Assembly (NCBI GenBank): GCA_902580855.1
Contig: CACHMF010000003.1
Coordinates: 1,147 to 65,146, forward strand
DNA: 64,000 bases
DNA from: an uncultured Bacteroidota bacterium
GTDB taxonomy: Bacteria; Bacteroidota; Bacteroidia; Flavobacteriales; UBA7312
Direction of reading: 5' to 3'
Part shown: positions 18,140 to 28,133 of the stretch, piece by piece
Position numbering within the stretch: position 1 is the first letter of the stretch
Layout of the letters: each line of letters begins with the position of its first letter
Notes under the pieces: model-generated
Databases searched by the model: none
The model's input: only the letters and a program-made list of their open reading frames with translations
What the model was told of the DNA's origin: nothing
Made by a program: the position numbers and the translations under genes

Positions 18140-18932
18140 TATTGTTTTCTAATTTTTGCACTTCGTTACTTAGTATACTTTTTGTGATGTATACATATTT
18201 CAGTTGTTTGAAATCTTCTAAAAACAGAATGTCAATTTGGTGAAAGTTTTTGTGTGATTTGGTGTTAATTCTGCTAATTGTACCTATTGGGATGTCTGCA
18301 GGATATATAGATGAATACCCACTGCTGATAATTGTGTCACCAATGTTAAGTTCTACATGCGAGGGTATGTCATTAACAACCGCATTTTGATAATTCCCTC
18401 CTTTCCATTCTAAAGACCCAAAGTAATGAGAGTCTTGTAACACTACACTTGTTTTGGATTTTCCATGTAATATTGAAAGCACAGAACTAAAGTGTTCTGA
18501 TACTTCTTTAATAATACCAACTACACCATTTGGTGTAACAACACCCATTCCTTTTTCAACTCCATGTTTGATTCCTTTGTCTATAGTCAGGTAGTTATTA
18601 CGTTTAGCTGTCGAGTTGTTGATAACCATAGCGGAAATGTATTGCTTTGGTAAAACAGAAGCAATAGTGTCATTTAATCCTTTATGTGAGATTAGTGTAT
18701 TTAGTTTAGCATTTTCTAAAGCCAACTGCTCGTTTGCGCTTTTAAGCGAAAAGTAATTCTTCCAATTACTTAAAGTTTGAAAGGTGTTAGCGGTCACTAC
18801 ATTAGTGGAGTTAATGAAAGCTACTCGTTGGAAATGATTATTTTGTACAATCATCAAAAAGGCACATACCTCTAGTAGAATAAACAATAATAGCACATGA
18901 TTTTTGCCTATGAACTGGAGTAAGTTGCCCAT
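18132..18932 (-). CDS. mreC: rod shape-determining protein MreC
   Basis: 266 aa. N-terminal anchor, a coiled-coil segment, then beta-rich domains. It follows mreB directly. Confidence 0.85.
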   Translation of the reverse strand: MGNLLQFIGKNHVLLLFILLEVCAFLMIVQNNHFQRVAFINSTNVVTANTFQTLSNWKNYFSLKSANEQLALENAKLNTLISHKGLNDTIASVLPKQYISAMVINNSTAKRNNYLTIDKGIKHGVEKGMGVVTPNGVVGIIKEVSEHFSSVLSILHGKSKTSVVLQDSHYFGSLEWKGGNYQNAVVNDIPSHVELNIGDTIISSGYSSIYPADIPIGTISRINTKSHKNFHQIDILFLEDFKQLKYVYITKSILSNEVQKLENNNE

Positions 18933-18949
18933 TTGTTACATGAGTCTTT

Positions 18950-19972
18950 TTAGCGAATTAAGAATGGGAAGTTGTCTGTGTTTTTCAAGGCAATTCCGGT
19001 TCCTCTCGCTACAGCTCTTAAAGGATCTTCTGCAACATAAACTGGTAGCTTTGTCTTCTGAGAAATTCTTTTATCAAGTCCTCTTAACATCGATCCGCCA
19101 CCTGTTAAATAAATACCAGTATTGTAAATGTCGGCAGAAAGTTCAGGAGGTGTTTGACCTAATGCTGCTAATACTGCTTGTTCAATTTGGGCAATTGTTT
19201 GGTCTAGGGCGCGAGCAATTTCTTTGTAAGTAACAATAATTTCTTTTGGGATACCACTCATTAAATCACGACCATGAACAGCGAAATGTTGCGGCGGCTC
19301 ATCCAATTCTTGTAAGGCAGCACCAACATTGATTTTGATCTTCTCTGCCATACGTTCACCAATGTCAATGTTGTGGTGATTACGCATATACACACGAATA
19401 TCGTTTGTGAAATCATCACCTGCAATTTTGACAGATTTATCTGTTACAATACCTCCTAAAGATATTACGGCAATTTCAGATGTTCCACCACCTATATCAA
19501 TAATCATATTTCCTTTTGGTTCAAGTACATCAACACCAATTCCAATTGCAGCTGCCATAGGTTCGTGAATGAGGTATACTTCTTTAGCTCCTGCGTGTTC
19601 GGCAGAATCTTTTACAGCACGTTTCTCTACTTCAGTAATTCCAGAAGGAATGCATATAACCATTTTTAAGGAAGGTTGAAACAAGGTTTTTCGGCTTGGA
19701 ATCATTTTGATCATTCCGCGAATCATTTGCTCAGCCGCTTGGAAGTCAGCAATTACACCATCCTTTAATGGTCGGATTGTTTCTATGGTTTTATGTGTTT
19801 TCCCATGCATCTGTTGTGCCTTTTTACCAATGGCGACTACCTTATTTAAGATAATATCTTTAGCAACAATTGAAGGCTCATCTACTACAACCTTATCGTT
19901 GTTAATGATAAGGGTGTTAGCGGTGCCTAAGTCAATTGCAATTTCTTGCGTCATGAAATCGAAAAAACCCAT
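18950..19972 (-). CDS. mreB: rod shape-determining protein MreB
   Basis: 340-aa actin-like ATPase. Motifs IDLGTANT, DIGGGTSE and LTGGGSMLRGL. Confidence 0.97.
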   Translation of the reverse strand: MGFFDFMTQEIAIDLGTANTLIINNDKVVVDEPSIVAKDIILNKVVAIGKKAQQMHGKTHKTIETIRPLKDGVIADFQAAEQMIRGMIKMIPSRKTLFQPSLKMVICIPSGITEVEKRAVKDSAEHAGAKEVYLIHEPMAAAIGIGVDVLEPKGNMIIDIGGGTSEIAVISLGGIVTDKSVKIAGDDFTNDIRVYMRNHHNIDIGERMAEKIKINVGAALQELDEPPQHFAVHGRDLMSGIPKEIIVTYKEIARALDQTIAQIEQAVLAALGQTPPELSADIYNTGIYLTGGGSMLRGLDKRISQKTKLPVYVAEDPLRAVARGTGIALKNTDNFPFLIR

Positions 19973-19984
19973 AGTCTTTTACTT

Positions 19985-21526
19985 TTAATGTTTAAAATGT
20001 CTGGTTCCAGTCATAACCATAGCCATATTATTGTTGTTACAATAATCGATAGACAACTGATCTTTTATAGAGCCTCCCGGTTGAATAACGGCAACAACAC
20101 CTGCATTATTAGCAATCTCTACACAATCCGGAAATGGAAAAAATGCATCTGAGGCCATCACAGCACCGTTAAGATCGAAGCCAAAATGTTTAGCTTTTTC
20201 AATAGCTTGTTTCAAAGCATCAACTCTTGAAGTTTGTCCAACTCCACTAGCTAATAATTGTTTATCCTTTGCCAAAACAATGGTGTTCGATTTGGTGTTC
20301 TTACAAAGTTTGCTTGCAAACTCTAAGTCAACTAACTGTTCTTGTGTAGGAACTAACTTGGTAACAGTTTTCATTTCGTTGATAGTATCCGTTTTCAAGT
20401 CTTTATCTTGTTCCAAAACTCCATTTAAAATGGTCCGAAATTGTTTGTTGGCTAACTTCACGTTCTTCTGCACTAATATAATGCGATTTTTCTTGCTTTT
20501 CAAGACTTCCAAAGCATCTTTGTTGTAACCTGGGGATATAACTATTTCGCAGAAAATTTTATTTATTTCTTCAGCTGTTTTAAGATCAATATTTGAGTTG
20601 CAAATTAATACACCGCCAAAAGCAGAGACCGGATCTCCTGCTAAGGCATCTTTCCATGCATCTACTAAGTTATCTCTAGAAGCCAATCCGCAGGCGTTAT
20701 TATGCTTAAGTATAGCAAAAGTAGTTTCGTTAAATTCTGACATAAGATTTACTGCAGCATCAACATCTAGAAGGTTATTGTACGAAAGTACTTTTCCATG
20801 CAATTTCTCAAACATTTCATCAAGATTTCCGTAGAATGTCCCATACTGATGTGGATTTTCTCCATAGCGAAGAGTGTGTCCTTCAGTAATACTTTGCTTG
20901 AATACGGTTTCTTCTTTATTGAACCAAGAGAAAATAGCAGTATCATAATGAGAGCTAACATTAAATGCCTTAGCTGCAAATCGTTTTCTGTCGGTAATTG
21001 TAGTACCATTCTTTTCGTTTAATATATCTAAAAATTCTGCGTAGTCATTACGAGAAGAAATTATTATAACATCCTTAAAATTTTTGGCAGCAGCACGGAT
21101 TAAAGAAATACCACCAATGTCAATTTTCTCGATGATCGCTTGTTCTTTAGCCCCTGAGGAAACTGTCTCTTCAAATGGATATAAATCAACAATTACGATG
21201 TCGAATTCTGGAATTTGGTATTTGTCTAATTGATCAAGATCGCTTTGAAGTTCTCTGCGGCCTAAAATACCACCAAAAACTTTTGGGTGTAGTGTTTTTA
21301 CACGACCTCCTAAGATAGAAGGGTAAGAGGTCAAATCCTCTACTTTGTTTACGTTTACCCCTTGCTTTTCAATAAAAGACTGGGTGCCTCCTGTAGAATA
21401 AATGGCTACGCCTATATCGTCAAGTTTCTTTACTATCGGCTCTAATCCATCTTTGTGAAAGACAGAAATTAATGCGTTTTTGGGCTTAATTAGTCCGTTC
21501 ATTATAAATTGAATGTTTGTATGCAA
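19985..21526 (-). CDS. purH: bifunctional AICAR transformylase / IMP cyclohydrolase
   Basis: 513 aa. MGS-like N-terminus (ALISVFHKDGL, STGGT) and AICARFT C-terminus (QPGGSIKD). The true start is possibly the ATG at 21502. Confidence 0.95.
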   Translation of the reverse strand: MHTNIQFIMNGLIKPKNALISVFHKDGLEPIVKKLDDIGVAIYSTGGTQSFIEKQGVNVNKVEDLTSYPSILGGRVKTLHPKVFGGILGRRELQSDLDQLDKYQIPEFDIVIVDLYPFEETVSSGAKEQAIIEKIDIGGISLIRAAAKNFKDVIIISSRNDYAEFLDILNEKNGTTITDRKRFAAKAFNVSSHYDTAIFSWFNKEETVFKQSITEGHTLRYGENPHQYGTFYGNLDEMFEKLHGKVLSYNNLLDVDAAVNLMSEFNETTFAILKHNNACGLASRDNLVDAWKDALAGDPVSAFGGVLICNSNIDLKTAEEINKIFCEIVISPGYNKDALEVLKSKKNRIILVQKNVKLANKQFRTILNGVLEQDKDLKTDTINEMKTVTKLVPTQEQLVDLEFASKLCKNTKSNTIVLAKDKQLLASGVGQTSRVDALKQAIEKAKHFGFDLNGAVMASDAFFPFPDCVEIANNAGVVAVIQPGGSIKDQLSIDYCNNNNMAMVMTGTRHFKH

Positions 21527-21635
21527 TATTATCCAAATTACTAGGAAGAAACAACGGAAAAAAAGCTCTTTTTATGCTATGTTGATAACTTTTGAAAAGC
21601 ATAAATTTTTAACTTTACCCTTGTTAGAAAAAGTA

Positions 21636-22877
21636 ATGATTTTATTTCGACTGTTTCAAGAGAGTTTACGATTTGCATTACATGCATTGACTAATAACCG
21701 GTTGCGTACATTTCTTTCCTTGTTGGGTGTGACTATCGGTATTTTGGCTATTATCTCGGTGTTTACGGTTGTAGATTCTTTAGAGAATAATGTGCGCAGC
21801 AGCGTAGATAAACTTGGCACAGATGTGATCTATATTCAGAAATGGCCTTGGGGAGCTGATGATAGTGGCGAGTATAAATGGTGGGAGTTTTTGAAGCGTC
21901 CACAAGTTAAGCAGGAAGAATTGCCAAAGTTGCAAAGTTTGTGTCAAAAAACTGAAGCAATTGCATTTATGATATCGAGTCGTAGAAATTTGAAAGTGGG
22001 CAGCAATTCTATAGAAGGAGTTGAGGTAATGGCCAGTTCACATGAGTTTAGTCAGATAAGAAATTTTGAATTGACTTCTGGAAGATATTTTACTGAACAA
22101 GAAATGAATAGCGGTAAAAATCATGTCTTGATTGGGTATGATGTAGCAATGGCTCTTTTCGGAACCATAGATGTTATAGGTGAAAATATGAAGCTTGGCG
22201 GAAGAAAAGTAGTAGTTGTAGGTGTGTTTACAAAAGAAGGGGAAGATATCACAGGTAACTCTATGGATACCGGCGTTTTGATGCCCATTAATTTTGGACG
22301 AAACATTATGAATGTACGCAAGGCTGATCCTATAATAATGGTAAAAGCAAAAGTGGGTGTAAGCAAATCTGAACTTAAAGATGAATTGCGTGGAGCGATG
22401 CGCAGTATTCGAAAATTAAAACCACGTATGCCTGATGATTTTGCGCTGAATGAAATATCGGTTATTACTACTGCTTTAGACTCTCTGTTTTCTGTGATAG
22501 GAATGGCGGGTTGGGTGATAGGTGGTTTCTCCATTTTGGTTGGAGGGTTTGGAATTGCAAATATCATGTTTGTTTCTGTAAAAGAGCGCACTAAGCTAAT
22601 TGGTATTCAAAAAGCATTAGGAGCAAAAAACAACTTTATTCTGTTGCAATTTTTATTAGAATCTGTAATACTGTGTGTGATTGGAGGGATACTTGGATTG
22701 CTGCTTGTTTTCACTCTTGCAGTAACGGCAAGCAACATTAGTGATTTCAGTATTCAGCTGAGTATGGAGAATGTTATATTGGGATTATCCGTTTCTATTA
22801 TAATCGGAATTGTTTCGGGTATAGTTCCTGCTCTATCAGCAGCACGACTAGATCCTGTAGAGGCAATTAGAAGGTAA
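21636..22877 (+). CDS. ABC transporter permease, MacB/FtsX-like
   Basis: Starts at an internal ATG of track ORF 21513-22877; the upstream 41 codons overlap purH and look non-coding. N-terminal TM, a MacB-type periplasmic domain and a C-terminal FtsX 3-TM module (GIQKALGA). Confidence 0.8.
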   Translation: MILFRLFQESLRFALHALTNNRLRTFLSLLGVTIGILAIISVFTVVDSLENNVRSSVDKLGTDVIYIQKWPWGADDSGEYKWWEFLKRPQVKQEELPKLQSLCQKTEAIAFMISSRRNLKVGSNSIEGVEVMASSHEFSQIRNFELTSGRYFTEQEMNSGKNHVLIGYDVAMALFGTIDVIGENMKLGGRKVVVVGVFTKEGEDITGNSMDTGVLMPINFGRNIMNVRKADPIIMVKAKVGVSKSELKDELRGAMRSIRKLKPRMPDDFALNEISVITTALDSLFSVIGMAGWVIGGFSILVGGFGIANIMFVSVKERTKLIGIQKALGAKNNFILLQFLLESVILCVIGGILGLLLVFTLAVTASNISDFSIQLSMENVILGLSVSIIIGIVSGIVPALSAARLDPVEAIRR

Positions 22878-22928
22878 CTATACTATAAGCTTTACTAGAA
22901 GAGATTTTTATTTGATATTTCCTATCTA

Positions 22929-24743
22929 TTACTGAATTATGAGTTTTTGTGTTGACCTTCCTGTAGCAGTTTGTAGGACAATGTTATATACTCCTGAAGG
23001 ATATTGTCTTGCATCAATAAAGTATTTGCTTTCACCTGTTGGTAACTCTCCCTCGAAAATAAGACTAATATACTGCCCCAATACATCGACTAAAAATATC
23101 GTTACTTGAGTTTTATGACTAACGCTTACAGGAATGCAAGTGATTGCGGATGCTGGATTAGGAAATACACTTAATTTCGTGTCTATGCCATCTTTAATTT
23201 CTGTAGTATTATTCAATATTTTGAAATCAAAATATCCAGTTGGAGCAGGCATTGGGCGATTGATTGTTTTTCCGCTATTGGCCGTTGCTTCTATGTAGTA
23301 ATAGACGGTACTTCCGCTAGGAATTGTACCTGGTATATTTGCTTCCCAATTATTTCCTGTAATATTAGACATACTGATAGGAGGATTGTATCCCAGAGAA
23401 AGGTCCGTGGTGAAATACAAATTTGCAGTAGCAATTCCGCTATTGTGTTGTATATTGGCTGATACTACATAATTTGCTTGAGGGTTAGTATCTTCTAAAG
23501 ATTGATGTTGTATAAGTAAGGGTTCATCTACTCCTACAGAGTGTGTGATACAATGAATAGCTCCACTGTAAGAAATTAGGTTGGTGCCGCTATCATCTAC
23601 ATCTATTCCAACAATATTGTATCCAGGCAATGCCTCTTCGTATATACGCTGTGCGGTAGTGTCGTATTCTTCTCTGTAGAAAGGAACTAAAACTGTATTA
23701 TTGATAAATACAGAGTTTGTGTAGGTACGGTAGTATCCATTGTTGTCTGGGTAGTATCCTCCTGAACTTGGCGGAGAAGGGATACGAACAATTTTATAAC
23801 CAGTCCCGAAAGCAGAATTATAATTATTGAGTACATATTGCAAATTAGCTTCTATCTGAGGGCCGTCTGCTACTCCCGCTGGGTATTCAGCCATAAGAAT
23901 GGTTTCTTCATCTAATAGCTTCATGTGCATATCTATGTGATGAATACCATCATAGGGGAGTGTTTCCATGATAATATAAGTATCTATACCCATAAATTCT
24001 TGCATAATGTTTTCTATTTCCGAAATAGTGTGATTTGGATAAAAAACATTTCCACTTGGCCCATTCCATGCATAACCTCCACTGTTTTCGTCTTCTATCA
24101 ATTTAGAAGAAAAGGCTGTTCCCATTCCATCACTCATGAAGTTCCCACCTGTGGCCATTAAGTCGTAAGGAGGTTGAGTAGTATTATACATGTCAATATT
24201 CAGATGTGTTGCTATGTGCTCGGGAACGAGGTCGTCATACGGACGATTTCGGTTATAAATCCAATCGACTAATAAGCGGTCTTCTACATCATTTTTATAT
24301 ACAGTGTTTTGTCCGTAATCACGCATCCAAATATTGTTGTAATCTGCTTCTATGTAATGGATATTTGGACTGCTAATACCTTGCGATGCAAGATACCCAG
24401 CAACAGTATTTTGATTATTGCATATAATAATAACATCACATTCGTTGATAGCATGCTCTACAATTTGAGTTAGAATAATTTCTTCTGTTATACCGTAGTT
24501 AGTACTCCAAGTAATAGTAAGCGCTTCTATTTCTTCCCATTCAGCCATGGTGCGCACATTGAAGCTAGGTGGTGTAGTATGTATAGTGGCTTGTGCTGTT
24601 TTATTTTGATAAGGATTTCCTATTACTCCTATGCTTTGCAGAAAGTTTGCATCTCTTTCGTTAGTAGCAAGACCTTTTGGTAATTCTTGAGCTTGTAACC
24701 CTAGAGTAATGCAGATAGTGAATATAGCAAGTAGATGTTTCAT
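22929..24743 (-). CDS. agmatine deiminase / PPAD-family (PAD_porph) enzyme with T9SS C-terminal sorting domain
   Basis: 604 aa with signal peptide ...GLQAQ. Guanidino-modifying motifs MAEWEE, WMRDYGQN, GGNFMSDGMGT, HHIDMHM and active-site GAIHCITHS. The last 80 or so aa (SVFPNPAS...GVYNIVLQT...KLIIQ) match the type A T9SS CTD pattern. Confidence 0.85.
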   Translation of the reverse strand: MKHLLAIFTICITLGLQAQELPKGLATNERDANFLQSIGVIGNPYQNKTAQATIHTTPPSFNVRTMAEWEEIEALTITWSTNYGITEEIILTQIVEHAINECDVIIICNNQNTVAGYLASQGISSPNIHYIEADYNNIWMRDYGQNTVYKNDVEDRLLVDWIYNRNRPYDDLVPEHIATHLNIDMYNTTQPPYDLMATGGNFMSDGMGTAFSSKLIEDENSGGYAWNGPSGNVFYPNHTISEIENIMQEFMGIDTYIIMETLPYDGIHHIDMHMKLLDEETILMAEYPAGVADGPQIEANLQYVLNNYNSAFGTGYKIVRIPSPPSSGGYYPDNNGYYRTYTNSVFINNTVLVPFYREEYDTTAQRIYEEALPGYNIVGIDVDDSGTNLISYSGAIHCITHSVGVDEPLLIQHQSLEDTNPQANYVVSANIQHNSGIATANLYFTTDLSLGYNPPISMSNITGNNWEANIPGTIPSGSTVYYYIEATANSGKTINRPMPAPTGYFDFKILNNTTEIKDGIDTKLSVFPNPASAITCIPVSVSHKTQVTIFLVDVLGQYISLIFEGELPTGESKYFIDARQYPSGVYNIVLQTATGRSTQKLIIQ

Positions 24744-24760
24744 TTTCTTCTTTAAAAAAA

Positions 24761-24768
24761 CAAATTTA
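24761..24768 (-). promoter_or_regulatory. -7 promoter box upstream of the PAD-family gene
   Basis: TAAATTTG on the - strand ends 17 nt upstream of the ATG at 24743. Motif match only. Confidence 0.4.
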
Positions 24769-24809
24769 TTAAAGATTAGCTATTTATTTTAACAAGTAAT
24801 TAGGAATTC

Positions 24810-27800
24810 TTACGCGCCTAATATTTTTTGACATTGTAAAATAGCTTCTTGTACTGTGTGGATATTGTTGATGCGGAAAATGAGTTTTTCTTTTACTTCT
24901 TTCATTTCACAGTTGGAGTGGTTTTGTTTCAAGTATTCGAGTGCTTTTCCAAATCTTTCTGTTTGAAAATATTCGCTATCCTGTGGCGGGAAATAGCCGG
25001 TAAGTTTGTTGTTTTTAAGCGCTAAGCGAGGAAATCCGATTTGTTTTCCTAACCAACGTAGGCGTAAAGACTGAACTAACTCTTGCACTTGATGGGGAGG
25101 CGCTCCAAAACGATCGTTTAATTGTACTTGAAAACGGTTTAGTTCTTTTTCGGTCTTTAATTCGTTCAGCTCTTTGTATAGAAAAAGTCGTTCAGAAACA
25201 CTACTGATATATTCTTCTGGAATCAAGATTTCTAAATCGGTGTCTAGTTGGCAATCGGCTACCAATACTTTGTTTTTATCTTCTTGATATAAATCTCTGA
25301 ACTCTTCTTCCTTGAGTTCTTGTATAGCTTCGTCTAGTATTTTTTGATACATATCGAAACCAATATCACCAATAAAACCACTTTGCTCAGCACCGAGTAA
25401 ATCTCCAGCACCTCGAATATCTAAATCGCGCATAGCGATGTTGAACCCACTTCCTAAATTTGAAAATTGCTCTAATGCATTGAGTCGTTTGCGCGCATCA
25501 GATGTTAAAGAATAGGCTGGTGGAGCTAAGAGGTAGCAAAATGCTTTTTTGTTTGATCGTCCTACACGGCCTCGCATTTGATGAAGGTCAGAAAGCCCAA
25601 AATTGTTAGCATTGTTAATGATTATGGTGTTGGCATTAGGAATGTCTAATCCGTTTTCAATAATTGTGGTGGAAATAAGCACATCAAATTCCCCTTCTAT
25701 GAAAGCAAGCATGATTTGTTCTAGCTTCTTTCCATCCATTTTTCCATGTCCAATTCCTACTTTAGAGTTAGGGCTTAGGCGCTGTACTAAGCCAGCAACC
25801 TCTTGTATGTTTTCTATACGATTGTGCACAAAATAAACTTGCCCACCTCTTGAAACTTCATAAGTGATAGCATCTCTAATTAGTTCTTCATCAAAGGTGC
25901 ATACTTCAGTTTGAACAGGATGTCTGTTTGGTGGTGGCGTGTTAATAATAGATAAGTCACGGGCCCCCATCAACGAAAACTGTAAGGTTCTAGGAATAGG
26001 AGTAGCGGTGAGGGTTAATGTGTCAACGTTTGCTTTGAAGGTTTTCAGTTTATCTTTAACCGCTACACCGAACTTTTGTTCTTCATCAATGATAAGTAGT
26101 CCAAGGTCATGAAAAGCAACATCTTTACCGACTATACGGTGTGTGCCAATTAGTATGTTGATTTCTCCTTCGGCCACTCCTTTCAGAATTTCTCTTTGTT
26201 CTTTAGTTGTTCTGAATCGATTGATGTAATCAATCTTACAAGGGAGCCCCTGTAATCGTTTTTTGAAACTTTTAGCATGTTGCATAGCTAAAATAGTAGT
26301 CGGAACTAAAACAGCGACTTGCTTATTGTCGGCAACTGCTTTAAAAGCTGCTCGGATGGCAACTTCTGTTTTTCCAAAACCAACATCTCCACAAATTAGT
26401 CGATCCATTGGCATACTATTTTCCATATCATTTTTTACCGCTTGTGTAGCTTTGTATTGGTCTGGAGTGTCCTCATACATGAAAGATGCTTCTAACTCAT
26501 ATTGTAAAAAACTATCTGGAGAAAATTCGAAACCGCTTTTTGCTTTTCTTTTAGCATATAGGTGAATGAGATCATAAGCAATTTGCTTAACACGACTTTT
26601 AGTTTTTGCTTTTGTTTTTAGCCATTGTCCAGAGCCAAGTTTATTAGTTCTTGGTTCAGCGCCATCTTTACCACTATACTTAGCGATTTTATGTAATGAA
26701 TGAATGCTAATGAATAGGGTGTCATTATCTTTATACAAAAGCTTAATGGCTTCTTGCTTTTTACCGTTGACATCTATTTTATGTAATCCGGCAAACTTTC
26801 CAATTCCATGGTCTATATGAGTAACAAAATCGCCAGGTTGCAAATTGGTTAGTTGCTTAAGTGTAATAGCTTGCTTGTTGGCAAATCCTGTTTTGAGGCG
26901 AAACTTGTGGTAGCGCTCAAAAATTTGATGATCAGTATAACATGCAATTTTTTTCTGATGATCGATAAAACCTTTATTCAGACTAAATACTAAAGGAGTG
27001 AATTCAACTTCTTGTCCAATGTCTTCAAAAATCTTTTGAAAGCGATCCACTTGTTGACTGCTTGCGCAAAGGATGAGATTTTGGTAGTAATTCTCTTGCC
27101 CTTTGTGTAGGTCACTAGCTAGTAAATCAAACTGCTTATTGAATGTCGGTTGTGGCGTAGCAAGAAACTCATACGTTCCGTCTGCAATGTAATGAAACGC
27201 TTGTCCGAATTCGATAACTGGAAAACAATCGATTTGTTTTGTAAAGCTTTTGCCATTGATAAACAACTGTTGAGGTGACAAATGTTTGAGTGGGCTGTCT
27301 TTCAATTCTTCAAAAGAAATAATCGCCTTATTGAAAAAGCTGTCTAGCGTACCCTTTGTCAGTTCTATATTTTTAAACCATATCTGTGTTTTAGGCGATA
27401 GATATTCCAAAAAACTTTCCTGACTTTCCTGTAGTAGTTGTTCTTGTACATTAGGTACAATGCAAAATTTATTGTGCGTTTCTTGTGATAGTTGAGTGTT
27501 GATGTTGAAAGTTCGAATACTCTCAATTTCATCATCAAAAAACTCCATACGATAAGGCTGTTCATTGGAGAAAGAAAAAACATCCAAGATTCCGCCGCGG
27601 ATTGAATATTGGCCTGGTTCGATTACAAAATCTACACGATCAAATCCATATTCTTGCAGCGTTTCGTTTAAGAAATTGATTGAGAACGTGTCACCTCTTT
27701 TAACATCTAAGGAATTTTGTTTGAGGTGTTTTTGACTGACTACTTTTTCGAATAAAGCTTCTGGATAACTTACAATAATTGGATGGCGATGATGATTGAG

Positions 27801-28133
27801 TGTGTTTAAAACCTCTGCGCGTAACAATACATTTGCGTTATCTGTTTCTTCTATCTGATAAGGTCTTCTGTAAGAACCAGGGAAAAATAAGACTTCTTTT
27901 TGCAGGATGCTTTCTAAATCGTTTAAGAAGTATGCAGCTTCTTCTTTATCAGATAAAATAAAAAGGTGTGGGCGTTTTACTTCTTGTGAGATATTGGCTG
28001 CTAGAAGAGCATTCTGAGAGCCTACTAAACCTTTGAAGTGTATTTTGCTTTTGGGATTATCGGTTAGGGCCTGCTGTAGTAATTGTGAGGCAGCATGTTC
28101 TTTGTATAATCCTATGAGTTGGGGTAGTTTCAC
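24810..28133 (-). CDS. mfd: transcription-repair coupling factor
   Basis: 1107 aa. Contains a UvrB-homology N-terminus, a CarD-like region, superfamily-2 helicase motifs (GDVGFGKTEVA, DEEQKFG) and a TRCF C-terminus. Confidence 0.97.
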   Translation of the reverse strand: MKLPQLIGLYKEHAASQLLQQALTDNPKSKIHFKGLVGSQNALLAANISQEVKRPHLFILSDKEEAAYFLNDLESILQKEVLFFPGSYRRPYQIEETDNANVLLRAEVLNTLNHHRHPIIVSYPEALFEKVVSQKHLKQNSLDVKRGDTFSINFLNETLQEYGFDRVDFVIEPGQYSIRGGILDVFSFSNEQPYRMEFFDDEIESIRTFNINTQLSQETHNKFCIVPNVQEQLLQESQESFLEYLSPKTQIWFKNIELTKGTLDSFFNKAIISFEELKDSPLKHLSPQQLFINGKSFTKQIDCFPVIEFGQAFHYIADGTYEFLATPQPTFNKQFDLLASDLHKGQENYYQNLILCASSQQVDRFQKIFEDIGQEVEFTPLVFSLNKGFIDHQKKIACYTDHQIFERYHKFRLKTGFANKQAITLKQLTNLQPGDFVTHIDHGIGKFAGLHKIDVNGKKQEAIKLLYKDNDTLFISIHSLHKIAKYSGKDGAEPRTNKLGSGQWLKTKAKTKSRVKQIAYDLIHLYAKRKAKSGFEFSPDSFLQYELEASFMYEDTPDQYKATQAVKNDMENSMPMDRLICGDVGFGKTEVAIRAAFKAVADNKQVAVLVPTTILAMQHAKSFKKRLQGLPCKIDYINRFRTTKEQREILKGVAEGEINILIGTHRIVGKDVAFHDLGLLIIDEEQKFGVAVKDKLKTFKANVDTLTLTATPIPRTLQFSLMGARDLSIINTPPPNRHPVQTEVCTFDEELIRDAITYEVSRGGQVYFVHNRIENIQEVAGLVQRLSPNSKVGIGHGKMDGKKLEQIMLAFIEGEFDVLISTTIIENGLDIPNANTIIINNANNFGLSDLHQMRGRVGRSNKKAFCYLLAPPAYSLTSDARKRLNALEQFSNLGSGFNIAMRDLDIRGAGDLLGAEQSGFIGDIGFDMYQKILDEAIQELKEEEFRDLYQEDKNKVLVADCQLDTDLEILIPEEYISSVSERLFLYKELNELKTEKELNRFQVQLNDRFGAPPHQVQELVQSLRLRWLGKQIGFPRLALKNNKLTGYFPPQDSEYFQTERFGKALEYLKQNHSNCEMKEVKEKLIFRINNIHTVQEAILQCQKILGA

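Noticed and set aside
21513-21635. N-terminal 41 codons of the track ORF for the ABC permease, overlapping the purH start
   Set aside because: The extension is Lys/Arg-rich and has no similarity to MacB/FtsX N-termini. It overlaps purH divergently. The conserved permease N-terminus (FRLFQESLRFAL...NRLRTFLS) begins right after the internal ATG at 21636.
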